From Phallusia mammillata (Eukaryota), in the NCBI GenBank assembly GCA_965637545.1, contig OZ281494.1, positions 9,920,001 to 9,984,000 of the forward strand: a DNA stretch of 64,000 nucleotides, given 5' to 3'. Below the pieces are notes generated by a model. That model searched no databases. It worked only from the letters and a program-made list of their open reading frames with translations, and had not been told where the DNA came from. This document shows, piece by piece, positions 63,239 through 64,000 of the stretch. Position 1 is the first letter of the stretch. Every line of letters begins with the position of its first letter. The translations under genes were made by a program, and so were the position numbers.

Positions 63239-63946
63239 TAGGGTTGGTTCGGATATCAATAATTTCCACTATCCGGATAACGGATATATACGGATATTTT
63301 GAATTTAGCTATCCGTTTAACCGGATAATAATAAGTCTATTCCAACATCATTCAATTGTGGCGCCGATTTCGTTTTAGTGTTCATAATTGTCCAGCATAT
63401 ATTAAATTTACGCATTTACTGCTTAAGCATTATGGGACGCCGTTTTGAAACAAACAAAAAACTTGCAAGATAGCTAACTTGCGGCAACTTAGTTACTTGC
63501 GTTGCAAGTTAGCTATGTTTCGTTGCAAGTTACCCGGTGCATTGTGGGAAATTCATATCAAAATGTATGGAGATGTCCCACAATGCACCGGGCCGCAAAC
63601 ATTGTTACTAATCGAACATTTTTTTACGTGTCTAAAAAATTATCCCTCCGAGCCAATCACCTTACAATAGATGTATTTACCGTTTCATTAGTGTGACGTA
63701 AATTTTCTTGTGAATTTGAACATTGGTAGGGAATATGTAGGATAAACATAAAGTCGTTCGTTGCATCCACCACTGCACATTAACTGCGTGTTTTCTAAAA
63801 TTATGTTAAAATGCATAAAACGCTGACGCGGCACTGTTCTTTTGTTATCCGGTTAACCGACACAAAAATATCCGGATATCGGATAACAAAAAATCCTTCG
63901 GTTAATCGGTTAACCGGTTATCCGATATCCGGATAATTCAACCCTA
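63239..63946. mobile_element. Non-autonomous hAT-type element (708 bp, TAGGG ends)
   Basis: TIRs TAGGGTTG / CAACCCTA. Perfect 8-bp TSD GTCTTCAC at 63231-38 and 63947-54. Clustered subterminal ATCCGGATA/TAACCGG motifs at both ends. It interrupts the EGF intron repeat, which resumes after it. Confidence 0.9.
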
Positions 63947-64000
63947 GTCTTCACGTGTCGTTGGAATTACCAACGGTCTTTATAGCAGTTTGGAGTACGT

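Larger units (their letters stand above)
59815..64000 (-). repeat. Tandemly duplicated EGF exon plus intron units (spacing ~530-820 bp)
   Basis: The EGF exons are near-identical and the flanking introns are also homologous. For example TCTGTTT(T)CTGGTGT...GAAACTT(T)AGCAATCATAATGACAGC recurs near 61185, 61500, 62175 and 63100. Confidence 0.85.

Noticed and set aside
899-63696. Most short ORFs in the six-frame track, including those antisense to real exons (e.g. 18106-18420, 30977-31366, 33386-33909)
   Set aside because: They are shadows of true minus-strand exons or chance ORFs in AT-rich introns, with no motifs or splice support.

Overview
AT-rich, intron-containing animal genomic DNA with compact GT-AG introns. 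An invertebrate chordate such as an ascidian is my inference, not something the sequence proves. Five protein-coding genes, all on the minus strand, were reconstructed exon by exon with consistent splice phases: (1) a short (~327 aa) CEP170-like FHA protein (240-5979); (2) an SLC16/monocarboxylate-transporter family MFS protein (8396-12416); (3) a ~555 aa protein with an N-terminal single transmembrane anchor, an acidic low-complexity region and one plectin/desmoplakin-type plakin repeat domain (17406-20865); (4) a ~1530 aa RADIL/afadin-family protein (RA-RA-FHA-DIL-PDZ, 19 exons, one 12.9-kb intron; 25521-50669); (5) the 3' part of a multi-EGF plus fibrinogen C-terminal domain gene (56335-62569, 5' end outside the window). 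The window also holds a tRNA-Ile(AAT)/tRNA-Phe(GAA) pair separated by only 4 nt, many non-autonomous DNA transposons (mostly hAT-type with 8-bp TSDs, two of them nested), and several Penelope-type minimal hammerhead ribozyme motifs, including a 120-bp near-perfect fold-back with one motif on each strand. The strongest novelty candidates are the membrane-anchored plakin-repeat protein, the ambisense hammerhead fold-back and the apparently dicistronic tRNA pair.
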